A stretch of DNA of 64,000 nt from Klebsormidium nitens (lineage: Eukaryota; Plantae; Klebsormidiophyceae). Position 1 is the first letter of the stretch, and every line of letters starts with the position of its first letter. Location of the stretch: NCBI GenBank assembly GCA_000708835.1, contig DF237000.1, positions 210,706 to 274,705 of the forward strand, read 5' to 3'. A program made the translations under genes and the position numbers. The notes under the pieces are model-generated. The model was not told the origin of the DNA, searched no databases, and was given only the letters and a program-made list of their open reading frames with translations. Shown here piece by piece: positions 1-13,200 of the stretch.

Positions 1-163
1 CAAACCCGTATTGATTTCTCCCCATTTGTAAGAGCGTGACCTTCGCAAGCCATGCGACAGGGCTCCAAAGCGGATCGTACGACCCGGGTTCTGCAATAGA
101 TAGACGGCTGCGCTGTATGATTGGCATCACGGGAACCAACCACTAGGCTGACGTCACCTGCAG

Positions 164-3100
164 ATCCGGTGCATCATCCCCGAGCTGAACCCCGAGATGG
201 ACGTGTACCGGATCGGCACCCTCCTGGAGCTCATGCGCGAGCTCGCCTTCACCTTCGCTGACGACGGCAAGCGCGTCAAGGTGAGCCACGCTGAGTTCAG
301 CACGTCATCTTCCTACAAAGATTTTCTAATTATTTTGTGGTCGCCGAGTGCGGATATTTTTGCCCGCCGTTCGACGACGTTGGGAGAGCTGGTTATTGGG
401 GAGGGTAGAAAAGTCACCCCCGTACCTCTACAATCACAAGTTTTTTGAAGCTTAAGCCACAAGCTACCGCCGGTTTTTCTTTCCATTTTCCTAGTTTCAA
501 ATGTGCGTGCAGGGGAACATGAGGATGGCATCTTATTCGGCATGCTGCTTGGAGCCTCGCACGGGACTGAAAGCCCACGTGACTTCCACAAATTTCGCGA
601 AGCTCATCACTGCCGCTGATTGCCGTTTCTTTTCCTTTTTCCGTTGCTTCGATTGTGCGTGTAGGGCAGCATGGAGGACGGCATGCCGCTTCAGAGAGGA
701 ACCGGAAGCCTTGGACCTGGAAAGCCTTGGAGCTGTTAATCGCCCCTGACTGCCGGTTCTGTCTTCGTTTTCTTCCTGCAGGCGTGCGTCCAGGGCAGCA
801 TGGGGGACGGCATCTTCTCCGGCATGCCCCTCGCGCTGGCCGGCACACGACGCATCATCGAGAGCATGGACTGGGGGGACGAGGAGGACAAAGCCAACTT
901 CATCCGCTTCGGAGCAGTCGGTAAGAGCGCTCGAATATTCCTAGAAGATCACTTGCTCGAAACCGTTCCTGTGTGTATCGTGGTACTCTTTTTCAAGGAG
1001 TCTGTCTCCGCAATCGATTCCCTCGTGTTTCCCCATCTTTGATAAGCGTGTTTCCTTGGTTGAATTGGTTGATTCAGGCGTGTTGAAGAGACAGAAACGA
1101 TCGGCTAGACTCCTATGCTGGGGAAGCCGTCGGTACAGGCAACCTTGTATCGGCAGTCTTTCGCCTCCAAGAGCTCTTGCTTATTCCGCAAAGTCCATGT
1201 TTGCGGTTTCGTGTGAATCACTTCGGTTTACTAGTGGCCCATCGTTGGAGGCGCCTTCTGCCGAGACGCAAGAAAGTTAGTACAACTGGGACAGCTCAGC
1301 TTCGCGAGGTACTTCTTCTGTTTCGCTTCCCCAATTCCAGAGATTGCTCGCAAACCAAGCCGTGGGCCAAGTGTGGGTTGCTTCTCTCCAGATCATGCTC
1401 AACGAAAAATGGAAGAGAACAACGAGGCAAACCTTCTCTGATGAACCTTGTGTGCAATAAAATTTTGTTCTTAGCCTCGCTGCCTCTATGTCCAGGAGCG
1501 AAGGAAGTAGCCGATGAGGACGAACTCTTTATCGTCAGGGCGCCCCAAAACGCGGTAGCGAATTGCATCATTCCGGTGAGTCGCCGTTCCTTTACAATCC
1601 GTTTTCAGAGCGGTGTTGCCTATATTCCGTTCGACGACGATTGGACAGTGATCTCAGGCCTTACGAAGGGAGTGCTGTCGAGATCCGTATGAAAAATGTG
1701 GGATCGTTTGCTGACGGATTCCTCGATTCCCCCGGAAAGCTAAGACAGGAGTCACCTCGTAGCGCATGGCGGGTCAAAATCAGGTCAAGAGCTCAATGAC
1801 AGAAAGGTGTCTCGATCTGCAGAAATGGATATCGGGGGAACTCGTAACAATCGCACTTAAAAACTTCTCGTGGTGACCTTGCTCTGTAAACTCTGAATGA
1901 AGGTCATACTGGGAGCATATATGGCATACAAAGCGCCCCAGCGTCCCTTGAGAATGGCGCGGAGTCAGACAGTGCTTCACGAAGCCAACGGAAGCGGAAT
2001 AAACGGACGGTACTGTTGCATCGGACACTTGAGGAAGTGCGTACCTGACTACAGCTTTTTGCAGGATTTGGAAGCGATGCTGGAGGCTGCGGGAACGCGG
2101 CCGCTGACAATCGTGAACCCGCGACTGAAGGTCAGTGGTTCTCTTTGCAACTCTCGGGACTTAAAGGCAGTCGGTGCCAACTCTTTGCGAACTCGGATCA
2201 TTACCCTTACGATGAGAATGTTTTTATGGACGCTCCTTGTAGGATTATGTACCCTTCCTATCAATTTTGGGGCGCTTCGGCGAAAGTGTATGGTCATAAG
2301 ACGTGCAACGAGATTACCAAGGAGTGGACGCTTCTTTCACTTTCACAAACCGTTTCACAAACCGTTGAAATGGCCTGAGAGCACGCGTGCACGCTTTTAT
2401 TTGCAGAACGTGCCTTACGGGCGTGATGCACATCCGCGGGCCCGATGAGCGCTCTTCGTATTCATTTGGACGCTGCTAAAATCTTTCGGACGCATTCGAA
2501 TACACTCGCCGCAGTTTCCTGCAGGACGTGCTTAGCTCGACGGGTATAATGTAGATTCGCGGGCGGAGGTGCGCTCCGCGTACGGATTCGGACGCTGCTT
2601 AAATCTTTCCGACGCATACATGCTCGCGCACCTCTTCCTCGTGGGACGTGCCCAGCTCGGCGGGCCGAGTGTGAATTCGTGAGCGAGAGGAGCGCTCCTC
2701 GTACTGATGCGGACGCTGCTCAGCTGTTTTGGACGCATGACTGCTCGCGCATTATGTCCTGCAGGACGTGCATAGCTCGGCGGACGTATTGCAGAATCAC
2801 AGACGAGATAAGCGCTCCTCATACGGAATCGGACGCTGCCCTCAAGTTTCTGTACGGTGCTCATCTGTTTCGGACGCATGAATGCTCGCGTCTATCCCTG
2901 CAGGACGTGCCTAGTTCGGCAGGTGTGATACAGATCCGTGGCCAATACAAGCGCTCCTCACACGGAGTCGGACGCTGCCAAATTGTTCGGACTCATAAGG
3001 GCTCAATTCTTTCGGACGCATGAATGTTCGCGCACTTTCTCTTGCAGGACGTGCCCAGCTCCGCCGGCTTGATGCAATTTGCAAGCGCGAGGAGCGCTTC

Positions 3101-4583
3101 TCGAAAAAACTCAAACGCTGCTGGAATCATTTGGACGTATAACGCTCGCGCACTTACGTTCCCACCTCCTGCAGGACGTCCGGCGCGCGTGATGCGGAGT
3201 CGCAGGCAAAAAGAGCGCTGCTCGTATCATTTCGGACGCTGCTCAATCCTTTTGCACAGACACAAGATGCTCGCACGCTTCTCGTTGCAGGACGTGCCCA
3301 GCTCCGCCGGCGTGATGCAGATCCGCGGGCGCGAGGAGCGTGAGCGCTTCACTGCGTCGTTCTTCCAGTGCTACAACTTCCGGCTGCTCTACAAGGCCGC
3401 CACCAACTTCTACCCCATCATGGGCGCGCTCAGGTACGTCTGTCACTGAAAATCAGGTCTCCGGACTCTGCAACTTTAGTCCAATCCCTCCGATTGTTAG
3501 TTCTTCCACCCAGTTTCTCAGGTTGTAGCAGCTTTAGCCCTCCTGTCTGATCCTAGCACCTTGACTTGTTCTTCGGTCCTAGAAGCTTAGCCGAAAGCCT
3601 TAAGTAGTCGGAATCCGACGCTCGGACCAAGGAACAATGAAGCCGTGAAGACTGTTTCCTATAATTCCTGGATTTCAAGAAGTCACGCGGTTTGAATTCG
3701 TTGCTCTAGCACTCTAGGTCCCCGCCCCAAACTGCCATTCGTGTATTTCAGGCCTCCTCGGGTAGACCTTTGATTGCAGAACATCTGATGAAGAACACTT
3801 GATGATACTCCAGACCACCTGAAAAGTCAAGCGTAGCCCATATGTTTAGCCCAGTCTGTTTGCCTGCGTGTTATGCCGTCGTGGCGCAGAGAAAACCGTA
3901 TACGGCATATCCTAGTCCGGCGTGGCCTTTTTATTACGCTTCCTTAGCCTGCCGCCATCCCTCGAAGCTATCAAGCTCAAACTTCGCTGCTAGTCAAGTC
4001 AACAGATCCCGCTGAACAAAGCTCGCATGCTTTCACGGCCCCGCAGGTACGTCTATCCTGGCAAGTACGAGGTCTACCGGAGGAAGGATTTGGGCTTCGG
4101 TGAGGAGCGGTACGATTTGTTGGGCGAGTTCGACGAGGAGCCCATGAAGCAGGACCTGGGAGACGTGTTGTACGGGCGGCGAAAGGTCGGGGAACAGAAG
4201 CTCAAAGCCAGGTAGGGGACCGCTTCTGTTGCCAAACCTGAATCTGTTCCGTCCTAAGCTTTTCAGACTGTTGTTGAGCTGATTGAGCTCTCTCTTGTCT
4301 TCGTTGGATCTAACTTCGCAAAGACAGTGTTCGTTGATAAAGACCGCAACTGGAATGGAACGCAAAAAAAATGCATGAATAAGTGTTGATTTTGAGATTG
4401 TCTCTGTTCAAAACACTGCGTTTTGGAAGGTACACGGATCACAAAGCGTGTGTTTGACTTCGCCAACCGGAACGAGAATTGTGGTTCTGGTTGGGAGAGC
4501 ACGTTGCGAAGGGTGTGGGAATCGTGCAAGAACGACATCCTGACAGGTATTTACGTGTACTGTGCAGGGGTCTGTTTGGATAG
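164..4583 (+). CDS. DUF1995-domain chloroplast protein matching the C-terminal domain of plant adenylate kinase 5 (AMK5/At5g35170 type); 5' part lies upstream of the window
   Basis: Exons 164-280, 782-920, 1496-1575, 2065-2130, 3291-3433, 4047-4211 and probably 4568-4583 join in phase via GT-AG. They give IPELNPEMDVYRIGTLLELMRELAFTFADDGKRVK-ACVQGSMGDGIFSGMPLALAG...PQNAVANCII...NPRLKDVPSSAGVMQ...YNFRLLY...YPIMGALR, which tracks the AK5 C-terminal domain from memory. The kinase domain is not visible. The last exon is tentative; a stop at 4213-4215 is the alternative. Confidence 0.88.
460..780 (+). repeat. Two decayed tandem copies (~140 bp) of the 3' splice site plus start of exon 782-920
   Basis: TGTGCGTGCAGGGGAACATGAGGATGGCATCTTATTCGGCATG (~501) and TGTGCGTGTAGGGCAGCATGGAGGACGGCATG (~653) resemble the real GGCGTGCGTCCAGGGCAGCATGGGGGACGGCATCTTCTCCGGCATG (781). 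Each is preceded by a similar pyrimidine tract. Confidence 0.8.
2390..3290 (+). repeat. Intronic tandem array: 7 degenerate copies (116-144 bp) of acceptor plus 5' part of exon 3291-3433
   Basis: GCAG|GACGTGC-like anchors at 2403, 2521, 2641, 2761, 2900, 3044, 3171; the real one is at 3287. Downstream GAGCGC...CGGACGCTGC...CGGACGCAT blocks recur in each unit. Confidence 0.9.
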
Positions 4584-7229
4584 AGCGACGAAGGGCCCTG
4601 CGCGTGTTGACTAGCTGTTCTATACTGGATCGGAGAATAATTCTTCCAGGCCCTTAAAGAGTGCATGCGGCACTCATGTGCAACATTCCATTCTGTAACT
4701 GTACATTGGTTGACTCCCCGCTTTAGCTAGAAAAGTTTTGCATCAGCTTCTACCATCTCCTGAAGCATGTCAACTGTCGGACGCGCGACACAAGCCGATA
4801 TAACACACCGCTCTCTGCCACCAACCGCTGCCGGAGCGGACGGTGGATCAAATCCAATGCTTCGGGTCTGACGAAGCCTTTGTAAAACGTTGCAATTGAA
4901 TGGTGATCCATCTCCTTTGCATTACATTCGCTTCTTGAGAGGCACGTACTTCGCGCAGATTGAATGTTGCTTTCATCTCGCCCAATCCAACCTTTTGGCT
5001 TTGTTTTCAGTACGATAAGTGTAATGGCCGGAACTGGATAAGAAGGGCGCGGCTGGGCCTGTAAGTGAGTCGGTCCTCCTGCGCTCCAAGCTTGACGCGA
5101 GAGAAGGCCGAGGATCTTTACCGAGGACCTAGTCAGGAGTAGTCAGGGGTCAAACACGCGTTTTTGCTAGAATGATAAATGTTCTTCTGTCCACGAGATT
5201 GTGAGTATCTTGCCCAACGTTCTTCATTCAAGGGTAGTGGCAACGACGAGACTCTGTCGCTGGACAAGGCCCGCAGGTGCGAGCTGGAAGTTTTTGCGTC
5301 AAACGTCAAGCCACTGCTTCGACGATCACTTGTAGAAAGATAGGCAGGCAGATATGCAAACCCCTTTCTGTGCTCACGACTGAAAGGAAGCGCCATTTCA
5401 GATAAGTATGTGCCGTCTTTTATGCTCTCCCGCTCGTGGTCAGGCAACAAGTGCCGTCTGGCTGGGATGGCCATCGCCTTCTTGTGTCTGCGTCAAATGA
5501 TGGCTCGGAAGAGATCGAAGGCCCTTGGAACCTTGCGTGCCCAAGGGCTGAACCGTGACAGCCTGAAGCCCGTGTTCTGAAGCAGTTGCGCGTTTCCAAA
5601 TAAGGAGTTTCAAGAACGCTTGACATGCGCGGGACAATTGCCCTTATGACCAAATGACCGTCTGTCGAGGGCCAACTTGTCTGGTTGGAGGCGGAGTTTC
5701 TCGATCCAGCTGCACGAGAATTGTTTAACCAAAGCTTTTGAAGACTCGTCTTTCATTTCCCAAATCGCACAGACGAAACATGGGATTTTTGATCCTGCCG
5801 CAAACGGGTGACTTTTAATCCCGGCCCAGTCATCAGGTCGTTTAACCGCGATATGAAGAAAGTGGATTCTTGTTCCTTTGACCTGCTGCAGTGCTTTGTC
5901 CATCGTGCGAAACCTCAATAGTAAGACTGGCTTGCTTCCTTGTGAAAACCCGAAGAATGTTTGGGTCGAAGGTCATCTCACTGGGTGCCTCGAATCTTCG
6001 AAAAGAAAGCTGCAAAGCTGACGCCATGATGCTTCCTCAGAAATGTGAAGACTCTCTCAGCCTGCATCTCAAGCTGCCCGCCTTGAAATGATAATAGGCG
6101 CCATTCTTAAAACAACCCGAATGCCGGAAGCGAGTCACTTTTGTTGATCTGTCTCTGCTCGTTTTGCCAAGTCTTAGCTACATTTGTGAACCAGCAAAGT
6201 AATTTCCAAGGTTACTCCGCCAATGGTAAGTGTAGGACGCTTGAGCTGGCCTTTTGTCCCAGAAAGGCCCGCTCAAGCGTCGTCCGTGTAAGGGTTTGAA
6301 GCAAGTGGCCTGCGTAGATTCATTCCACATGAAAAAAACGGAAGTGGTGGCTCTGATTACGAGTGTTTATTTGGCGGGCGGCCCGGTACGCCAACAAACG
6401 CTTTTGCTGCATTCTTGACGCCGCCTTCCTTCCCCTTGAGCAGGCGTCTTTTGTTTCTGACACGGTGGTCCTATTAAGGTGGATTGGGGATAAATGAGTT
6501 GATTGATATGGGGACTCATAGAAAGAGCGAGAGGGAAAATGACGAAACGTTACGTCAATATTGAGGGGGTTCGACTGCAAGGTGCTTAGCAGACGTCAGA
6601 ACGCAGATTGGAAGCTTTGACATCATTTGTGTCGAACGGCGTGTTTCGAGCATGCAGGCACTACGTCAATCCATATCTTCATCGCTGTTTTTCTTAGTCG
6701 TGGCCATCTGCGTCTAAAGGTCTCCCGGAGCGGCGTTGCGCGGGCCTGAACCTTCGTTTTGACGACGAATCAAAGCGTGGCGCCGCCAAGAGCTCATAGA
6801 AGCCTTACCCAACAGGCAACGGTAGCCGGAAGCAAGACGGTCGCGCCACTTATTTTTACATTTATGGGCTCGATTGGCCTTTCAATTGTTGTTGTGGGCG
6901 ACGGTGGGGACGATTTGCTGCCTGGGTTCTCGACCCAGAAGAAGGTGTGAATTCCGACGACCGTTGACAGAAGCTCTGTAACGTTGTGCATGGACGACCT
7001 GCTCGTGTTTCGCGGTTTTTGGGGACCCAACTGACGTGGGTCTGTGTGGTGACGTGGGTCTGTGTGGCGACAGCTCCCAGTTATGTTGACCTGCTTCACA
7101 GCAGCAAGCGGTGCGTGCTGGTAGAACGTGCTAAAAGTTTAGTTTGGTATGCAGTATGATTTGCCTGCAGGGCTCTAACTCGTAATTCGTCCTAGCTGGA
7201 CGAGTCCTGACAGTACCATATTTGATTAC

Positions 7230-10200
7230 CTTTGTATCGCGCGGAGTATGTTCCGTGCGCCGGAAAAGCTACAAGAAATGGTTCGTGCTGCCAGAAACGG
7301 TGGCTTGGATGAGTCTTGGCTAATGAGTTTTCATCTTCACGCGTAATTTATGCTGTTGCCTGACGCCACCGCTTCCGGAGACCCACTGTGATCTGCATCC
7401 TTCTTGCCCCGCTCTTGAGCTTCGATATTCGAGCTCAGTACAGCGTGAGCTTAGGGCCTTCCTTAAGGAACAAGGAATACTTCGATCGTTAGGAAAGTCG
7501 TGCGGAACGCTCTGGAGCGTTGCATTTGCAGCACGTGTTTCCCCCTGCCGTACTGAATCCTCAACTTAGTGTCTCAATCACCTTGCTAGTTCATGGCAGC
7601 TCCGCTCTTCTGCCAAAGATAGTCGATGAGTACGGCTGTCCAAATGTTCATGGGCATCCTTCTTTGCGGGTTCACTTGTGACAGCCAATCTTCAAAGTTT
7701 CCAATGTACGTGTTGGAAGTTCCTTGTCAGTATCTTCGACACTTCGTGGAAAAAGAAGTGGACGCTTGAATGGGACTTTTTTGCCCTGTTGCGGCCATCT
7801 GGCCTTGCATCAGGCTGCTCTGCATGAAAGCTCCGCTTTTGTACGCAGCGGGAGCGGTGGCTGTGATGTGGAGTGTTTGATGGAGGCCAGCCCTTTTCGC
7901 CCACCACTCGCCGACACTCTTTTGACGCTACCTGATTTCCCCTTAAGCAGGCCAAATGTTGAAGTCAGTAAACGTGGGTCGATACTTTGACGATATCTAT
8001 ATTTTTGCCACTGGGCCTACCTGAAGATGTGGAAAGGAGCCTCTACAGTAGGGGTGCAACTGTACGGTCGAGATTCCAAACTTGCAAATTAATGAACGAA
8101 GTGCTGAAAAGTCTTACGCAGAAAGTTTTACGCCAGATTCACCTCGCGTGATTCCCTTTGTGAATCTGCCCGTCTGCATCTCTCCAAGCTGTGATGCCTC
8201 CACCCGAGTTTATCTGCATAGGAACTCATGGCTGCCAAACAACCGATTGAATATCCGGAGCCTACGGTAGCTAGCTCTACGCATTTCGCTTGGGATGTCC
8301 CGAGCGCGCAGTTAAAAAGTACTGAGGCTTCAGACTCTCCAAAACCCGTTCACAGCGATGCAGGGACGAGTATTCTTGCTAGATCTCGAACCCAGAGAAC
8401 GTGCATGACAATATCCGATGCCACCGTTGACAATTTTCCTGTGATGTAGACGACTGATTGAAATATGTTCTGCGGTGAGCCCTGATGATTGGTGCCAAGC
8501 TATTCAGGGTCTGCGTAGCGGCAGGGGCAAAACCGCTGCGTACCAACAAGCTGCGCGTGCCGTTCTTCAAATGTTCCGAATCTGAGGAGGTTGCTAGGTG
8601 TTAGCTAGTCGCCGCCCTGAGGCAGTTCTGCCCGCATGGTCTTGTTAGGGATTCGGCCTGACACTACCTTCCATTCCATTGGCCTCTGACTGGGAATGGT
8701 GGCTTGGATGAGACTTGCCGACCGAGGTTGTTTGCCTCAGTGGTTCTCTGTGTGTGACTTGCTTGACGCCACCGCTTCCTTACAGACACTTTCTGCATCC
8801 TTCTCGCCCCGCTCTGAGTTGAGTTGCAGTGCTCAGCAATCTACGTACTGCTTTTAGGCCTGGCCTCATACAGAAACACGTAGTACGTTCAAAATGGTCA
8901 ATAAAGTCTTGCACGCGACTGTCTTACGCAAAATAAAAGAACACTTCTTTCCAGTTGCCGTACTCGTTTCCTCTTTCAAAACTGCGATAATCCTGCAAGC
9001 TTGCGGGAAAATGGACTTTATCTGCCAAAGACGAACTCAAACCTAGCGGCTGTCGAGATATTTCTTCTGCCAGTGCATGCACCCGGTTAGAGCAACACTT
9101 AGAACCCATCTGTGCAAGGCCGCTGCATTGGTATATCTGCTTCTTATACTGTTCCAGAAGAAGTGACGTGTTCGACGCACTTGCTAATGCCATCTAAAAT
9201 GGTGATCAACAGCCTGAATTTGCACTGCACTGGCAATGCATACTAAATGATTGGGTTGATCGGTAAGCCGTCGATCAAGAGCTAATCGTTTTGTATCTCA
9301 ACGGATTCAAGCGACGGTAATTTGGAGGCCCGTCCAGACTCACGTGTTGCTTCGTCAGCTGCCTCCGAGCCTGAAGAAGCTTATGGTGATTCTGATCGTG
9401 CGCAAGCGTTTGCCATTTTGGTCTCGAACACAATACATCGAGGTTCCTGCCCGATTCCCATAATGCAGCAATCATGAATATCAGTGCCCGAAGACGTGTT
9501 AACAGTACACCTGTATGGCGCGGTGACAAAACGATGGTGTTGATTTTGAACCGGGGGTCGGTGCTCATGATGAAGCTAGATCAGCTTGCTGGCTGGCCAG
9601 ATTAAACAAGGAGTGGGACGCTTCAACGGGCCTTTTCTGCATTCGGTTGCGTTTCGTGCCACGGTTGCGGCCACCTGGCCTTGCATCAACTGCTCTGCGT
9701 CAAAGTTCCACTTTGATAAGCAGCAGGAGCGGTGGCTCTGAGAAAAGTGTTTGGTGGGGCGAGCCTTCTATGCACACCACTTGCCGGCGGTCTTTCTTTT
9801 GACGCTACCTCCGCCGCCTTTAAGCAGGCCGAATGTTAAAGGTAAACTGACGTGGGTCGATACGAAAGTTGAGACGTCATATACTTTCGCCAAAGGGTCC
9901 TACCTGTAAGTGTGGAAAGGAGTCTTTTGAAAAGGTATTCGTTTGTATGGATCAAAATTCCGATCATGGAATTGCGAACGGATAGGCAGTACTACGCCTC
10001 ACGCAAAGAGTTGTACGTCGGATTCATCCCGTTTGAATTTTTTCTGGATCTGCCCGTAGGCATGAGGTTTCCGATCAACCGTGATTCCTCAATCTGGATG
10101 TATCTGCTCGAAACGATTGCTTGCCAAACAATAAACCGATGAAATCAAAGCGTAGCTCTTCGCAGTGGGCTTGGGAAGTAACGCGTCCACTCGAAAAGTA

Positions 10201-13200
10201 TTGTCGAGGCTTCGAGCTTTCGGAAAACCGTTCTAAGCGATGGTAGGGACGATATTGCCTATGGGGTCTCGGACAGCACCGACCTGCAAATAGCTCGAGG
10301 GTAAATCTGACGCCACCGTTGACAAGATTCCTGTGTTGTAGAGGACTGCCTCTTATTTCGTGGTGAGTTCTGGCTATTAGAGCCAGGCTGATATGGGTCT
10401 GCAAAGCGGCAGGTGCCAAACCGCTCTGCACCAACAAGCGTGCTGAAGAGGGGGGTGGCTGGGATATCGTTTTCTTGCGGGGCTCTCAGTCTTGCCCGCA
10501 GTGCCCTGCTTGGTAAGTCTTGACGCCAGCCTCGTTCGATTCGCTTCTGCCGCGTGTGAACATTAGCTTTAAATAGGGAATCGTTCTCGGGTCCGTGCTG
10601 CAGGGTATGGTGGCTTGGATGCTTTTGTCAACCGAGGTTTCGCCTCCTCTTGACAATGCTTTCGGCTGACGCCACCGCTTCCGAATAGACAGTTTCTGCA
10701 TCCTTCTCTCCCCACGCTTAAACTCAGCAGTGTATACATGGTTTGACGCCTGACCTAATGTAGGAACATGCAGTAAATCCTTTTAGTACGAAGTCTTGCA
10801 CGGTCTTAGCTATGCCTTTAACGCCATCAAGAATGACCAAGATAGTCGCGTATTGGTCTTTCCGTGCTCTTTTCGCAAAGACACGCCCACCTTGTCGTTG
10901 TACTGTACATGTACCAGTAGGAAGGTCCCTGTGATTATTCTCGTCACCTAGTGACAAAAAAACTTGAACGGGCCTTTGGTGCCCTGATGCGCACACCAGC
11001 CCCTTTGTAAGCTGCTTGAAAGCGAGTCCAATATGATAAGCAGCGAGAGCGGTGGCTGTGATAAGAATCCTTTGGTGGGTGCCGGCCCTCGACGCCCACG
11101 CAAACTTGTGACGTTCTTTTGATGCCACCTCCGTTGCCTTTACAGACAGGCCGGATGGCGAAAGTTTCTGACCGTGGGTCGATGTGGCGAAGATTGGCGT
11201 CAGCGAGATATGCCACCGGGACCTTCCAGTTAGTGGAAAGGGGTACCCTGGCAAAGTGTTCAAACAACTCTATGGTCAAGAATCCAAGATCGTGTATCAG
11301 CAAACGAAGGAGCAGGTCAATGCAAAAAGCTGTAGCCCAACGTACCACTTATCTCGCTTGAAACCTGTTGGAAATTGCGTGAGCCCGAACCGTGTTGCCT
11401 CTATCTGATGCTTCTGCACGGGTACAAACGGCTTTCAAACCAACTGATTGACTAAAAGCCCCATCATCAGCTTCGAAAACACCGAGCATGCAGTCGGTCA
11501 GTATTTTAGGCTTCAGGCTTCTTGAAGGCGTCCTTCAGCGATGACAACAAACCTACCTGCCCTGGGTCGTCAACCCCAGAAATATGGTAGCATGATACCA
11601 CCGTTAACGTGCTCCTCAAATCACGCAAAGATGATAAGCGACGAGTCTTTTAGGAATGTTCCGGTGGGCTCTGATAATGGGGTCCAAGCTCATGTTGGTC
11701 GGCGTAGCGACAGGTGTCAAACCGCTCTGCACCAAAAAGCTGCGCATGCCCTTCTAGCGTGAGGCGGAAACCAGATTGATGGCCGGTGGCTGGGATGTTT
11801 TTTGCCTGAGGGAATTCTGCCCGCAGGGAGGAGAGAAATGAGATGACGCTACCTTATCCTGTTCCATTGTCTCGTGCGCGAAAGACTTTTGCTCAAACGT
11901 TCTCGGGTCCGGGTTGCCTCAAATGGTGGCTTGGATGCTCTTGCCAAATGAGGTATTACTCATCTCTTATGATGTTTACGTGACGCCACCGCTTCCAAAC
12001 AGACAGTTCTGCATCCTTCGCGATCCGCTTTCGAGTTTTGGTACTCAGCAGTGTGCGTGATTTAAGGCATGCCCTAGTTTAGCAACATGCAGTGAATGTA
12101 TTTGTCAAGCCTCGATAATACTGCAAGCTTCAGTAAACATAGCTTTTTCTGCCAAAGATGAAATAAAAGCGGCTATCGAGATTTTGATGGACGTTCTTTT
12201 GCCAGTAAAACTTCAGTTTAAGCAACAATTGGGAGCGCAGTCTTGCAACCTTGGGCATGGCATGATGCAGAAACAAGCATGGCATCATTGTTTCTGCTTC
12301 GACACTGCTTAAACAAGCAGTGACATGGGAGTGACATGTACTAAGAGCTTGATAACGTTGCTCATACAGAACTTCAATCGACAGCATTCAATCTCGCATT
12401 ACTTTCTAGGACGGTCACCGGCCCGTCGGTGAAGAGCAGTTTGGTTTGTATTTCCATTACAAACTTTCTAGTTGTGTAACAGTGATGTGCGGGTTTTTGA
12501 AAGACTGATCCCGTATCATTGCACTCTTCAAAACTTTTTCCGAGCCTGGAAGCCGGTCGTATGTTCTAATCATGCGGACCATTTGAACTTCTGGTCTCCA
12601 CAAAGGTATCAAGGTTCCGGCACGAGTTCATGGAGCAGCAGTAAAGGCCCACAGAGCAGGATGTGGCCGAAGACGTGTGATCGTGCATTCAAAGTCTCCA
12701 GGTAACCCATCTAGACAGTACGAATCCGCTGATTGTGAACTTGGGAACGGTGGTCAGGATGAGGATCAGCTCGCTGGGCGCCGCGGTACCCCAGGCCTGA
12801 GTTGATCCAGCGTGATGCCACATCTCAAAGGTTTGATACTCTGGTCATTTTTAGAACTGCCTGCGTTGGCGACAGCTTTTTCGAGTTCCGTTACTGCTAG
12901 ACAGATCTCTACGACGTCGTACAGAACAGAACGTAGACGCACCAGGGCCATACCCGCCGGCTGCACGCCTGCGTTCAATGCACGTCAGCCAAAATCTGCA
13001 CTGTCAACGATGGCAGGCGTCGGCTGAGCAGATAACGCTCTTTTCAATCATGCTTTATTCTCACGTTGCTGCCCCTCAATCTACGTTCGCTTCCGCGTCT
13101 TGCAAGATGGCTGCCGGTTTCTCGCGGTGTACTGCCGTGATGTACGTGGCGGTACGCTGCGAACTTATATGGGCTCCCAAATCTTGTTGGCTGTAGTTTA

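Noticed and set aside
11184-11408. 'ICHRDL' kinase-like motif
   Set aside because: No flanking kinase motifs, and the homologous positions in the other array copies do not conserve it.
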